From: Tubulanus polymorphus
Taxonomy: Eukaryota; Animalia; Nemertea
Assembly: GCF_964204645.1 (NCBI RefSeq)
Contig: NC_134030.1
Span: 789,355 to 853,354, forward strand
Length of the DNA stretch: 64,000 nt
Direction of reading: 5' to 3'
In this document: piece after piece, positions 20,106-34,709 of the stretch
Layout of the letters: every line of letters starts with the position of its first letter
Numbering within the stretch: the stretch's first letter is position 1
Notes under the pieces: model-generated
Told to the model about the DNA's origin: nothing
The model's database searches: none
What the model saw: the letters and a program-made list of their open reading frames with translations, nothing else
Translations under genes and position numbers: made by a program

Positions 20106-23079
20106 CAGAAAAGAAAACCCTCTTGGAATTCTGCTGATAGTTATTATTTTTCTCCCTTTCGAGACAGCAAATGTTTAAACAAATGTATATCCTCTCAGAT
20201 TCGACTACTAGCAGTTACAGGATGCTATAGATGTTGTTTCAGCGGTGCCACACATCATGTTCGAATCCCGACAATCCAATAATTTGGTTTTGTATAATTC
20301 CCTCAATCGTGATTAGCATGGCGCGGCTGATCAGAAAACCTGTTATCGCTGCCTTGCTGCTTTATTTGTTTGTGTTGTTATTTATATTGTAAAAAGTCAA
20401 GTCAATGATGTACGTAACAACATTTGTAATATTTTAGTCAGTATTTTTGGTTTGAAATACAATTTCGGAAAATATACCAGTATTTTTGTGGAAGATATGA
20501 GGAAAATTCTGGTTGATTATAACCTATTGTTTTGGTAGGTTATTTTACAAAACGTCCCCGGTATGCGCGCAGATGAAAGTTCATTAAGTATAATCTTGAT
20601 TTGTTTCAATATCGAATTGGCGCATAGTACCCGTCTACGGATGGATGTATTGGATATAGTTATAAAAGTAAAACCGAGGCTATTGCTGACTTAATGCGTA
20701 TGTGCCATTAAGCTTTAACTATATATGTAAAAAATAGTGTTTGGGTCCTATCGGATCTCGTTTGTTGCACCCTTGCACCCGCACTTCATTGTAAAGATAC
20801 GTTTGCGAATAAATTTATATACATAAAATCTACACTGAAAGATTTCATTATCTGCCTCATTTATGACCTACTATACTGTTGACTAACAATATGATTATTA
20901 CAGATAATGAGAGTGGTATAGTTGTATTTACAACAGCGTTAGAGAGTTGCCACCATCTCGTGCAATCAGCGACATGACAAATATGTGTCCAAACGTTCAA
21001 CTGGCCCTTCGTTCATTCTTCCATCACATCACCTTCCATTAACTATCGTGAATATCTCCTACATTATTTTATAGGTTACTTTTGACAGATATGATAATTG
21101 TACGCGTAATATTCGTGACCCTTAATGCTTTTTTTTTCATTCCAGATTTGGATATTTTAACAGCAATACAGAGAAACAAGTGTGAAGCAGTCTGCCATCA
21201 CAAAAGACAAGTGTGAAGCAGCCCGCGAAGTTCGTAACATCTTCGGAGCCTTCGTTGACAGGTGCGTTGACTCCCGTCGTGGGCCTGAGGAGCGAGCTCC
21301 TCCTTAACATGTTATTGTGCCACCTTTTGAGCTTGCTATTCCGCAGGAGGTGGTCTCTGCTCCTGTACACGTGGAGCAGGAGGTCGCTCCTGCCGACGTG
21401 GGGACCCCGACAGAGGCCCCACCGCTTCAGATGCCTGCATTGCGTCGGTCACCCCGTCATGGAGAAGGAATAACATGGAAAAGGAACAGCTATGTTTCAC
21501 ATAGTGCGATTCCTTAGGAAACTACAGATTGTTCAATGTTCCATGTTGCCCCCTCCCACAAATACTATGACGTTTATACGTCAAGTGTAAAACCATTATA
21601 TCGTTATTAACCTATTTGTTTTTATAATTACAGAATTAAAGATTAATGTAATATGACGCGAAAACTTGAATGTCCTTCACATGTGATCAGAGGGATTGAA
21701 AATGGTTTACTCATACGGAATAGAAATATAGATATATCATGTGAGATTGCCTCGAAAAAAAATTGCGCAAGAAAGGAAACCACAGCAAAGACTACGGTAA
21801 TCAATTTCATTACATTTCTAAGGTGTGAAAGTTCACTGGATCAGTGATCAATCCATGAATTTACGAGTTCTTAATTGAACATGCAAAAATCTGCAAAAAT
21901 GCAATGATAAAGAATCTTGGATAAAAAAGAATAGAATATCTCGGATTAGAGAATTAGTCGTAATCACTTCAGTGATCAGGTTTTATTGATTGATGTTGAT
22001 CTCTACTGATCCTAACGATCACCGGGATGAAGATTTGAGTTTAAGACACTTGTTAGATTAATCTGCATCTCTTGTTGAAATCAATAAGGTATATGAGAGA
22101 GGTCTGAGATATGAGAGAGGAGGTTAGGGAGGTATGAGAGTTTATGGAGATATGATAGAGGAGTTTAAGGAGATATGAGAGAGGAGTTTAATGAGATATG
22201 ATAGAGGAGTTTAAGGAGATATGATAGAGGAGTTTAAGCACACGTCAGTTTAAGGCTGTTGAGAGTGAATTATCAATAGATTTAAGACATCTACGATGAA
22301 GTTGTTTTCAAGAGGTCGATTATTCATATAGCAGTTAATCAGATCAGGTTCTCAGGTGCTTCCTTGGTCCCCAAAAACTGCATAAGTTGTATCAAAGTAT
22401 GTGACATACCGGTAACCTACTAATTTATTACATGAAAAGAGGCTACTTGTAGTTTCTCAGCCACTTTGCAATTATTGTTGTTAAGAGGTCACAAAATCCT
22501 ACCAGCATCATTAATAGATTTCTACTGAATAGTTTGTGTTGTAATTTTTGTGGTTCCAGCTTTTTTTCACTTTCCGAGATAGAACACAATTCCTAAATTT
22601 TGAGTCCTTCAGCGCTTAAATTCCAATTTATTACAAATTTTAAGTTTCCTAATCTTAACTTTTCATAAATTTGAACTTTTCCTATTCTATTTCTTCTCGA
22701 AGATTTCATTCCAGTTCTCAAAATTATTTGCGGTTTTTGAATGTCTGCGAAATATCCTCAATTATTTTCCTGGTTTCGTTTTTATCATTGCCCAAAATCA
22801 TATCTCATATGAATCATTATTACTATGATTGTATTCTTTCACTGATTGATTACAGGTCTCTTGGGGTTTGGTTCGATATTATGATTGATCAAGGTGATCC
22901 ATCTAAAACTATTTCATCTGTATCAATTTTGAAATATTCATATCTGAACAATTTCATTGATACTTCTAAACTGGTAATTCTGAAAAAATTCTAAGAACAA
23001 TTTTACACGTATCTTAAGACTATTCTAGAAACGTTTTAGATTATTTCAATTTTAATGTAAAACTATTTTATCTGAATTT

Positions 23080-23560
23080 TAATCAAGTATTTTATATCTG
23101 AATTTTAAACTATTTTATCTGAATTTTAAAATACCTGTGATATCTAAAAAGAATTTTATCTGAATTTTAATCTATTAAAGAAACTATTTTATATCTGAAT
23201 TTTAAAATACCTGTGACATCTAAAAAGAATTTTATCTGAATTTTAATCTATTAAAGAAACTATTTTATATCTGAATTTTAAAATACCTGTGATATCTAAA
23301 AAAAATATTCTATCTGAATTTTAGTCTATCAAAGAAACTATTTTATATCTGAATTTTAAAATACCTATGATATCTAAAAACTATTTCATCTGAATATTAT
23401 ACTTACTATTCTTTTTTAAACTATTTCATTCATATATATTTTAAAAACTATTGAATTTGATTATATTTTAAAAACTATTTTATTTGTTTATATTTTAAAA
23501 ACTATTTCATTTGTATATATTTTAAAAACTATTTCATTTGTTTATATGCTTTTAGAACAA
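23080..23560. repeat. AT-rich tandem repeats (~75-bp and ~30-bp units)
   Basis: TATCTGAATTTTAAAATACCTGTGATATCTAAAAA x4, followed by AAAAACTATTT units. Confidence 0.8.
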
Positions 23561-24825
23561 TGTTTTATTTGTATTTTAATACTAACTAAAATATCAATTT
23601 GATGAAATATTTTATATTTGACTATCACTGTGTATATTCGAACCCCAGTGATTTCATGAGAATGGAATAACTGAAGGTCCAGGTTTTATCACCGAATACT
23701 CTTTGACACAATTACGTGGTCCACAACACAGATATAAATAGTGGTTATATAAAAGGCCCATGTTGTATATAGTGCACGCATAAAGAGCTTTTACTCGTAG
23801 TTGATATAGGCTTAGGAAATGTGAAATGTGATTGAGAACTTTTTCTCATACTTTCTTTTCCTTTTTTCTTATAGTTTTTTTTTCAATTTTCTATCAGCAA
23901 TAGAAAATCCACTCATTTTCAGTCGGTGTTTCACTTAAAAAAAACAGTCCAAGTGTATTTTTCATATGATAATTTCAGCGTCTCGACGTAAGAAATTGAC
24001 GTAGATTATTGAAGCGTAGATTCAGAAAATCACAACTAGGTGGCGTGTCAGATTATTAGTTCATTGATATCAGATAGATATAATAGTAATATAACCACTT
24101 ATAGTACAAACAATAACAACATACTTTATTTTCCTGCACAATACACAAATAGTAGTAAAGTCCAATACTATCTTTGAATTAGAATTTCCTCTAGCCTAAA
24201 TGCTAGCGGTCATGTTATTAGTTTTATTAGACGTTATGTCGGCTTTTTCAAAACTTGTCTTTGAACGTAATGATAATCTATAGTATTTTTGGAAATGATA
24301 TAAATCAACGCTAATTTGATGTCATCATAACAAAATATGTCGCTGAAAACATCATATAAAAAATACACTCGGATTTTCTTTTAGAATTTATTTCGTTCCA
24401 TACAAAACCGTACTCAGTTCCACAGTTTGATTTGGATACAAGAATTTAAATGCATAAAATTGCACAACTGTTTAACTGGGATTTGTTAAATTGTGAGCAT
24501 GACGTTTATAATTAATCACTAGTGTGTTTCAAGTTAGCCTTAGTTTAAAATAGTTAGTTTTGGTTTTTTTAATCAATTTTCACTGTTTTAAATTTAGTTC
24601 GTTCCAGTTGATTTAAGTGTAGTTTAGTTTAAGTTAAAGTTCGTTTAGGTCAAGTTGACTAAATTGTAACTAATGTAAGTAAAGTATAAACCTTTGATAA
24701 ACTGAGGGTCAATTTATCTTATGATAAGTTACACTCAGGTTATTAATCAATAATCCCATTTGAGGTCTCATTATTTTATGCAGTTCAGAGATTTTCACCG
24801 AATAAAATAGTAACGTTTTAGAATG

Positions 24826-26172
24826 TGATGAACTGAGGGTAAATTCATCATTGTTGAAATTACTCTCAGGATCATCATTAAAACAATAAATGAACTGAGG
24901 TTAAATTCATCATTGTTGAAATCACTCTTAGGATCATCATTAAAACAATGAATGAACTGAGGGTAAATTCATCATTGTTGAAATAACTCTCATGATCATC
25001 ATTAAAACAATGAATGAACTGAGGGTAGATTCATCATTGTTGAAATTATTCTCAGGATCATCATTAAAACAATGGATGAACTGAGAATGAATTCATCATT
25101 GTTGAAATCACTCTCAGGATCATCATTAAAACAATGAATGAACTGAGGGTAAATTCATCATTGTTGAAATAACTCTCATGATCATCATTAAAACAATGAA
25201 TGAACTGAGGGTAAATTCATCATTGTTGAAATTATTCTCAGGATCATCATTAAAACAATAAATGAACTGAGGTTAAATTCATCATTGTTGAAATCACTCT
25301 CAGGATCATCATTAAAACAATAAATGAACTGAGGTTAAATTCATCATTGTTGAAATCACTCTCAGGATCATCGTTAAAACAATAAATGAACTGAGGTTAA
25401 ATTCATCATTGTTGAAATCACTCTCAGGATCATCATTAAAACAATAAATGAACTGAGGTTAAATTCATCATTGTTGAAATAACTCTCAGGATCATCATTA
25501 AAACAATAAATGAACTGAGGGTAAATTCATCATTGTTGAAATCACTCTCAGGATCATCATTAAAACAATAAATGAACTGAGGTTAAATTCATCATTGTTG
25601 AAATCACTCTCAGGATCATCATTAAAACAATAAATGAACTGAGGTTAAATTCATCATTGTTGAAATAACTCTCAGGATCATCATTAAAACAATAAATGAA
25701 CTGAGGGTAAATTCATCATTGTTGAAATCACTCTCAGGATCATCATTAAAACAATAAATGAACTGAGGGTAAATTCATCATTGTTGAAATCACTCTTAGG
25801 ATCATCATTAAAACAATGAATGAACTGAGGGTAAATTCATCAGTGTTGAAATCACTCTCAGGATCATCATTAAAACAATAAATGAACTGAGGGTAAATTC
25901 ATCATTGATGAAATCACTCTCAGGATCATCGTTAAAACAATGAATGAACTGAGGGTAAATTCATCATTGATGAAATCACTCTCAGGATCATCGTTAAAAC
26001 AATGAATGAACTGAGGGTAAATTCATCATTGTTGAAATCACTCTCAGGATCATCGTTAAAACAATGAATGAACTGAGAATGAATTCATCATTGTTGAAAT
26101 CACTGTCAGGATCATCATTAAAACAATGAATGAACTGAGGGTAAATTCATCAGTGTTGAAATTACTCTCAGT
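24826..26172. repeat. 62-bp minisatellite, about 22 copies, each with an internal imperfect palindrome
   Basis: GAACTGAGGGTAAATTCATCATTGTTGAAATCACTCTCAGGATCATCATTAAAACAATAAAT at 24830, 24892, 24954 and onward. Confidence 0.97.
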
Positions 26173-28258
26173 TCATTGCAAATATTTTAGCATTAACAGC
26201 AGTTTTAATTAATCCACTGTTTTCGTGTTATTGATAGTTACATCACAAGTTATAGAATAGATTGGGTTTTTTATTGTTGGATGAACTTGCAGTTAATTAG
26301 ATTAATTGATAATGAAATTACTCCCAGGTCATTGAAACATAATATTTAATGTTATCTTAATTTTAAGGATCTAGGGTTTACTAAATTATAATTGAAAGAA
26401 CCAATAGAATTTTAAATCAGTATATTTTACTTTTTCTTAGGTTTACTGTTTCTTAGGTTTACTGTTTCTTAGGTTTACTGTTTACCCCTTGTTTTTATAT
26501 TTTCTCACTGCTTTCAAGGTTCTCTTACACATTTCATGCAGCTTTTTCATTCAATATCAATATCATCCTCACTTGCCAGGTTTAAATTGTCGTCTGCCGA
26601 AGCTCATGCCAACATAAAGCCTGCCTGCTAGCTCTTCATTGGTCTACTACATTGCTCAAGATTTCTTGGGTAGACTGGTTACCACTGAGCGGCCACCAGT
26701 CTATGTATTAAGTCAATCAGATGCGTTGTTTTTCACCGGCAGTTTCGCTACACATCTGATTGACTAGATATAAAGATTGGTAGCCGCTTAGCAGCAACCT
26801 GTCGACCAGTGATATCTTGGACAATGTAAGACACCAATGAAGGGTTTGTAACCAGGGTTTGTGTAAGCGTGAGTGCCGGTGGGCGACAATAAAACCCTGG
26901 TGATTGAGGATGTATCGATGTACATATCAACACACAAAAAGCCAACCATAATAGGCGGCATTATTAGTGGGAGGTGCACCTGGCCTAATATGCCGCGCGG
27001 TAAAAACCACTCTTTCTGTGGTTGTGTAGTACCAGTAATTGGTGATCATCGAGTGAGTGATTGGCCTGGCCCAGTTATTCCATTCCGAAATCACTTGGGT
27101 TCCCATTATGATTGACATATATATGATATTTCATCAAAATGATCGACACATTTTATCTGTGCTAACACTATACTTGTACGTATTGTAACTTTTTGAATAG
27201 CTTTTTATTTGTATATATATAATATTTCTTTTTAGATTTTTCATTGATTTTGAGTTCTATTTGTTTATATTTTTTAGATATCTGTCAAACTTTGGATTTT
27301 AATGATTATTTCAAATATAATCTTTTAAAAACCTTTTTAATTTTCTAAACTTCATAATATCTATACATCAAATCGAACTATTTTAGTGCAAATTTTGATA
27401 TAGATTTAATTGATAATTAATATTTTTAATTCTATCGAATAATTTTAATATTCAAAACAACAGAATGAATGCATTCAATCTTAGTTTAATACTGATATCA
27501 CTTGCTGCATCTATTGTTTTAACAAGATTTTAACCTATAAGTTTGGAGCATTGATATTATTTCATTGCATTAGTCTCGCCTCCTCATTTATGGCTGGTGG
27601 TTGATTTCAGATTTACAACTCCTGATTACATTAATATTAATTCAATGCTACGTTATGTTTTGTTAGTTTATCTCATATAAACGTTTTCAAAGATGACTTG
27701 TAGAATTAAAATTGCAGAGGTTGAAATAATTATAGAATTTTATAGAATTGTCTAAAATACCTAGTAACATATAAGTAGTATAGCTAGTGTTCCTCTGTTT
27801 ACAAGTTGTCCTGTAGTACAACGTTAAACTGCCTCTTTTTAACAATACGTTTTATCCATACATTTTATCAGTGATTTTTATCTATTTGTCCTGTGGTATG
27901 ACGTTAAACTGCCTCTTTTTAACCCCTTCTTTTTTTACCTCTATCCTTTCCCTTTCTACCTCTATCCTTTCCCTTTCTGTCTCTATCCTTTCCCCCTCTG
28001 TCTCTATCCTTTTCCTCTCTCTATCCTTTCCCTCTCTCTATCCTTTCCCTTTGTCTCTAACCCACTAACTCTCTTCCTCTTTCTCTAACCCACTAACTCT
28101 CTCCCTCTTTCTCTAACCCACTAACTCTCTCTTCCTCTCTCTCTAACCCACTAACTCTCTCCTCTCCTTTCTTCCTCTCACCGCTCTCCTTCCTCCCTTC
28201 TCTCTCCCTTCTCTCTCTCTCCACACTCTCCTCTCTCTCTCTCTCTTTCTCTCTCCTA

Positions 28259-28289
<31 letters not shown>

Positions 28290-31024
28290 TGTAAATATTG
28301 TAAATATGTAGATAGTAGTTTTTATTTCTCTTGTAAATATTGTAAATTTGTAAATAGTAGTTTTTATTTCTCTTGTAAATATTGTAAATTTGTGAATAGT
28401 AGTTTTTATTTTTCTTTTAAATATTGTAAATATGTAAATAGTAGTTTTTATTTTTCTTGTAGATATTGTAAATTTATAAATAGTAATCCATTTTTTTTAT
28501 TAGTGTATATATATATATATTTATGATTTTAATTTTTTCTTTATATTATATTCCGGAATATTTTCTTTTTAAAACAATAATTTGTACTTTTTAAAGAAAA
28601 CGTTTCAAATTTTCAAACTAAAGTATTTATTTTTTAATTGAAACTATTTTAGAGGCGATTTTAATCATTTTCATCGGAACACACTTTATTCAATACAACA
28701 AAATGAATGCATTCAATCTTGGTTTCAAACTATTACTTTTCACTTTTTACATACATTCGTAGCATTGATACCATTACATTAGATAAGTCCCTCCTCCTTT
28801 TGATTTAATATTTGAAAGAAGATTCTAGTTAAGCATATATTACTAAGCGATTTACATCGAAGGCATTTTGTCACAGGCAAAAGAGAATTTGTCAAGTAGT
28901 AAGGATTGGATTGATGTTGCTTCCTGTGATCTCTGATTGTTAGCTTGCAAGTGTATTTAACCATCACTTGTTTGTAAATGACTGTGCATACTTTCCCCTC
29001 ACTGGTCGCTGTTCACTTCATTGGTTGCAGCTATGAACAATCATCTCATCGATTGTGCATACTTCCCCCTCACTGGTTGCAGTTCACTTCATTGGTTGCA
29101 GCTATGAACAATCATCTCATTGATTGTGCATACTTTCCCCTCACTGGTCGCTGTTCACTTCATTGGTTGCAGCTATGAACAATCATCTCATTGATTGTGC
29201 ATACTTTCCCCTCACTGGTCGCTGTTCACTCCATTGGTTGCAGCTATGAACAATCATCTCATCGGTTGTGCATACTTTCCCCTCACTGGTTGCAGTTCAC
29301 TTCATTGGTTGCAGCTATGAACAATCATCTCATTGGTTGTGCATACTTTCCCTCACTGGTTACAGTTCAATCCATTGGTTGCAGCTATGAACAATCATCT
29401 CATTGATTGTGCATACTTTCCCCTCATTGGTTGTAGTTTTCAGCTTAGGTTTGATGATGATAAATGCTGGTTTTATCAACGGCTCTACACGAGCAGTTGT
29501 CAAAATGTTCGAAGTCTTTGCCAGACTTCTTGTGGGTTCAATCTCTATAAGAAGACGCTTAAAGGGTTTCAATAGGAATACAGTTTGTTTACTCCAGCAA
29601 CAGATGTTCAAAGTCTAGAAAAGACTTGATATTTGCATATGATTCCTCTCTTCTCTCCTCTCTCATGAATAAGACACAAATCTGTTGTTGACTGCTGAAT
29701 CAATATTGATAGTAGCGAACGTTTAGTGTTCAGATATGATGAAAGTGTGTAAATTACTGCTAAATCAATTGGTGGTGATGAAAGTTTAGTGTTACAAAAC
29801 ACTGTGGGTGAATTACTGCTAAATCAATTGGTGGTGATGAAAGTTAAGTGTTACAAAACACTGTGGGTGAATTACTGCAAAATCAATTGGTAGTGATGAA
29901 AGTTAAGTGTTATAAAACATTGAAAGTGGGCGTCTTGAAACATTGATACGTGTACTTAAACAATGATAGATGTATTGAAACATTGATTTTAATGATTATT
30001 TAAACATTTTAAATATAATCTTAAAACTTTTTAATTTTCTAAACTTCATAGTATCTATTCATCAAATCTATTTCAGTTCAAATTTTGATATAGATTTAAC
30101 TGATATTCAATATTTTTAATTCTATCGAATAATTTTAATATTCAAAACAACTGAATGAATGCATTCAATCTTAGTTTGATCCGGATATCACTTGTTGCAT
30201 CTATTGTTTTAACAAGATTTTAACCTATAAGTTTGGAGCATTGATATTATTTCATTGCATTAGTCCCGCCTCCTCATTTATGGATGATGGTTGATTTCAG
30301 ATTTACAGCTCCTGATTACATTAATATTAATTCAATGCTACGTTATGTTTTGTTAGTTTATCTCATATAAACGTTTTCAAAGATGACTTGTAGAATTAAA
30401 ATTGCAGAGGTTGAAATAATTATAGAATTTTATAGAATTGTCTAAAATACCTAGTAACATATAAGTAGTATAGCTAGTGTTCCTCTGTTTACAAGTTGTC
30501 TAGTAGTACAACGTTAAACTGCCTCTTTTTAACAATACGTTTTATCCATACATTTTATCAGTGATTTTTATCTATTTGTCCTGTAGTACGACGTTAAACT
30601 GCCTCTTTTTAACAATACGTTTTATCCATACATTTTATCAGTGATTTTTATCTATTTGTCCTGTGGTACGACGTTAAACTGCCTCTTTTTAACCCCTTCT
30701 TTTTCTACCTCTATCCTTTCCCTTTCTACCTCTATCCTTTCCCTTTCTGTCTCTATCCTTTCCCTCTCTGTCTCTATCCTTTTCCTCTCTCTATCCTTTC
30801 CCTCTCTCTATCCTTTCCCTTTGTCTCTAACCCACTAACTCTCTTCCTCTTTCTCTAACCCACTAACTCTCTCCCTCTTTCTCTAACCCACTAACTCTCT
30901 CTTCCTCTCTCTCTAACCCACTAACTCTCTCCTCTCCTTTCTTCCTCTCACCGCTCTCCTTCCTCCCTTCTCTCTCCCTTCTCTCTCTCTCTCCACACTC
31001 TCCTCTCTCTCTTTCTCTCTCCTA

Positions 31025-31055
<31 letters not shown>

Positions 31056-34000
31056 TGTAAATATTGTAAATATGTAGATAGTAGTTTTTATTTCTCTTGT
31101 AAATATTGTAAATTTGTAAATAGTAGTTTTCATTTCTCTTGTAAATATTGTAAATTTGTAAATAGTAGTTTTTATTTTTCTTTTAAATATTGTAAATATG
31201 TAAATAGTAGTTTTTATTTTTCTTGTAGATATTGTAAATTTGTAAATAGTTATCCATTTTTTTTTATTAGTGTATATATATATATATATTTATGATTTTA
31301 ATTTTTTCTGTATATTATATTCCGGAATATTTTCTTTTTAAAACAATTATTTGTACTTTTTAAAGAAAACGTTTTAAATTTTCAAACTAAAGTATTTATT
31401 TTTTAATTGAAACTATTTTAGAGGCGATTTTAATCATTTTCATCGGAACACACTTTATTCAATACAACAAAATGAATGCATTCAATCTTGGTTTCAAACT
31501 ATTACTTTTCACTTTTTACATACATTCGTAGCATTGATACCATAACATTAAATTAGTCCCTCCTCCTTTTGATTTAATATTTGAAAGAAGATTCTAGTTA
31601 AGCATATATTACTAAGCGATTTACATCGAAGGCATTTTGTCACAGGCAAAAGAGAATTTGTCAAGAAATAAGGATTGGAGTGATGTTGCTTCCTGTGATC
31701 TCTGATCTGTTAGCTTGCAAGTGTATTTAACCATCACTTGTTTGTAAATGACTGTGCATACTTTCCCCTCACTGGTCGCTGTTCACTTCATTGGTTGCAG
31801 CTATGAACAATCATCTCATCGATTGTGCATACTTCCCCCTCACTGGTTGCAGTTCACTTCATTGGTTGCAGCTATGAACAATCATCTCATTGGTTGTGCA
31901 TACTTTCCCTTACTGGTTACAGTTCAATCCATTGGTTGCAAGTATGAACAATCATCTCATCGATTGTGCATACTTTCCCCTCATTGGTTGTAGTTCACTT
32001 CATTGGTTGCAGCAATGAACAATCGTCTCATTGGTTGTGCATACTTTCCCTCACTGGTTACAGTTCAATCCATTGGTTGCAGCTATGAACAATCATCTCA
32101 TTGATTGTGCATACTTTCCCCTCATTGGTTGTAGTTTTCAGCTTAGGTTTGATGATGATAAATGCTGGTTTTATCAACGGCTCTACACGAGCAGTTGTCA
32201 AAATGTTCGAAGTCTTTGCCAGACTTCTTGTGGGTTCAATCTCTATAAGAAGACGCTTAAAGGGTTTCAATAGGAATACAGTTTGTTTACTCCAGCAACA
32301 GATGTTCAAAGTCTAGAAAAGACTTGATATTTGCATATGATTCCTCTCTCTCCTCTCTCATGAATAAGACACAAATCTGTTGTTGACTGCTGAATCAATA
32401 TTGATTGTAGCGAACGTTTAGTGTTCAGATATGATGAAAGTGTGTAAATTACTGCTAAATCAATTGGTGGTGATGAAAGTTTAGTGTTACAAAACACTGT
32501 GGGTGAATTACTGCTAAATCAATTGGTAGTGATGAAAGTTAAGTGTTAGAAAACACTGTGGGTAAATTACTGCAAAATCAATTGGTAGTGATGAAAGTTA
32601 AGTGTTAGAAAACACTGTGGGTGAATTACTGCAAAATCAATTGGTAGTGATGAAAGTTAAGTGTTAGAAAACACTGTGGGTAAATTACTGCAAAATCAAT
32701 TGGTAGTGATGAAAGTTAAGTGTTAGAAAACACTGTGGGTGAATTACTGCTAAATCAATTGGTAGTGATGAAAGTTAAGTGTTATAAAACATTGAAAGTG
32801 GGCGTCTTGAAACATTGATACGTGTACTTAAACAATGATAGATGTATTGAAACATTGATTTTAATGATTATTTAAACATTTTAAATATAATCTTAAAACT
32901 TTTTAATTTTCTAAACTTCATAGTATCTATACATCAAATCTATTTCAGTTCAAATTTTGATAAAGATTTAACTGATATTCAATATTTTAATTCTATCGAA
33001 TAATTTTAATATTCAAAACAACTGAATGAATGCATTCAATCTTAGTTTGATACTGATATCACTTGTTGCATCTATTGTTTTAACAAGATTTTAACCTATA
33101 AGTTTGGAGCATTGATATTATTTCATTGCATTAGTCCCGCCTCCTCATTTATGGCTGATGGTTGATTTCAGATTTACAGCTCCTGATTACATTAATATTA
33201 ATTCAATGCTACGTTATGTTTTGTTAGTTTATCTCATATAAACGTTTTCAAAGATGACTTGTAGAATTAAAATTGCAGAGGTTGAAATAATTATAGAATT
33301 TTATAGAATTGTCTAAAATACCTAGTAACATATAAGTAGTATAGCTAGTGTTCCTCTGTTTACAAGTTGTCTAGTAGTACAACGTTAAACTGCCTCTTTT
33401 TAACAATACGTTTTATCCATACATTTTATCAGTGATTTTTATCTATTTGTCCTGTAGTACGACGTTAAACTGCCTCTTTTTAACAATACGTTTTATCCAT
33501 ACATTTTATCAGTGATTTTTATCTATTTGTCCTGTGGTACGACGTTAAACTGCCTCTTTTTAACCCCTTCTTTTTCTACCTCTATCCTTTCCCTTTCTAC
33601 CTCTATCCTTTCCCTTTCTGTCTCTATCCTTTCCCTCTCTGTCTCTATCCTTTTCCTCTCTCTATCCTTTCCCTCTCTCTATCCTTTCCCTTTGTCTCTA
33701 ACCCACTAACTCTCTTCCTCTTTCTCTAACCCACTAACTCTCTCCCTCTTTCTCTAACCCACTAACTCTCTCTTCCTCTCTCTCTAACCCACTAACTCTC
33801 TCCTCTCCTTTCTTCCTCTCACCGCTCTCCTTCCTCCCTTCTCTCTCCCTTCTCTCTCTCTCCACACTCTCCTCTCTCTCTCTCTTTCTCTCTCCTATCT
33901 CTCTCTTTCTCTCTCTTTCTCTTTGTCTTGTAAATATTGTAAATATGTAGATAGTAGTTTTTATTTCTCTTGTAAATATTGTAAATTTGTAAATAGTAGT

Positions 34001-34709
34001 TTTTATTTCTCTTGTAAATATTGTAAATATGTAAATAGTAGTTTTTATTTTTCTTGTAGATATTGTAAATTTGTAAATAGTAGTTTTTATTTCTCTCTTG
34101 TAAATATTGTAAATTTGTAAATAGTAGTTTTTATTTCTCTCTTGTAAATATTGTAAATTTGTAAATAGTAGTTTTTATTTCTCTTGTAAATATTGTAAAT
34201 ATGTAAATAGTAGTTTTTATTTTTCTTGTAGATATTGTAAATTTGTAAGTAGTAATCCATTTTTTTTATTAGTGTATATATATATATACATTCCGGAATA
34301 TTTTCTTTTTTAAACAATTATTTGTACATTTTAAAGAAAACGTTTTAAATTTTCAAACTTAAAATATTTATTTTTTAGTTGAAACTATTTTAGAGGCGAT
34401 TTTAATCATTTTCATCGGAACACACTTTATTCAATACAACAAGATGAATGCATTCAATCTTGGTTTAAAACTATTACTCTCTTTTTACATACATTCGTAA
34501 CATTAGATTAGTCCCTCCTTTTGATTTAATATTTGAAAGAAGATTCTAGTTAAGCATATATTACTAAGCGTTCTACATCGAAAACATTTTGTCACAGGCT
34601 AAAGAGCATTTTATATTATATGTCAAGAAATAAGGATTGGATTGATGTTGCTTCCTGTGATCTCTGATCTGTTAGCTTGCAAGTGTATTTAACCATCACT
34701 TGTTTGTAA

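Noticed and set aside
24826-26172. CRISPR array (palindromic ~37-bp repeat plus ~25-bp spacer)
   Set aside because: The linkers are essentially identical, there are no cas genes and the context is eukaryotic; it is a minisatellite.
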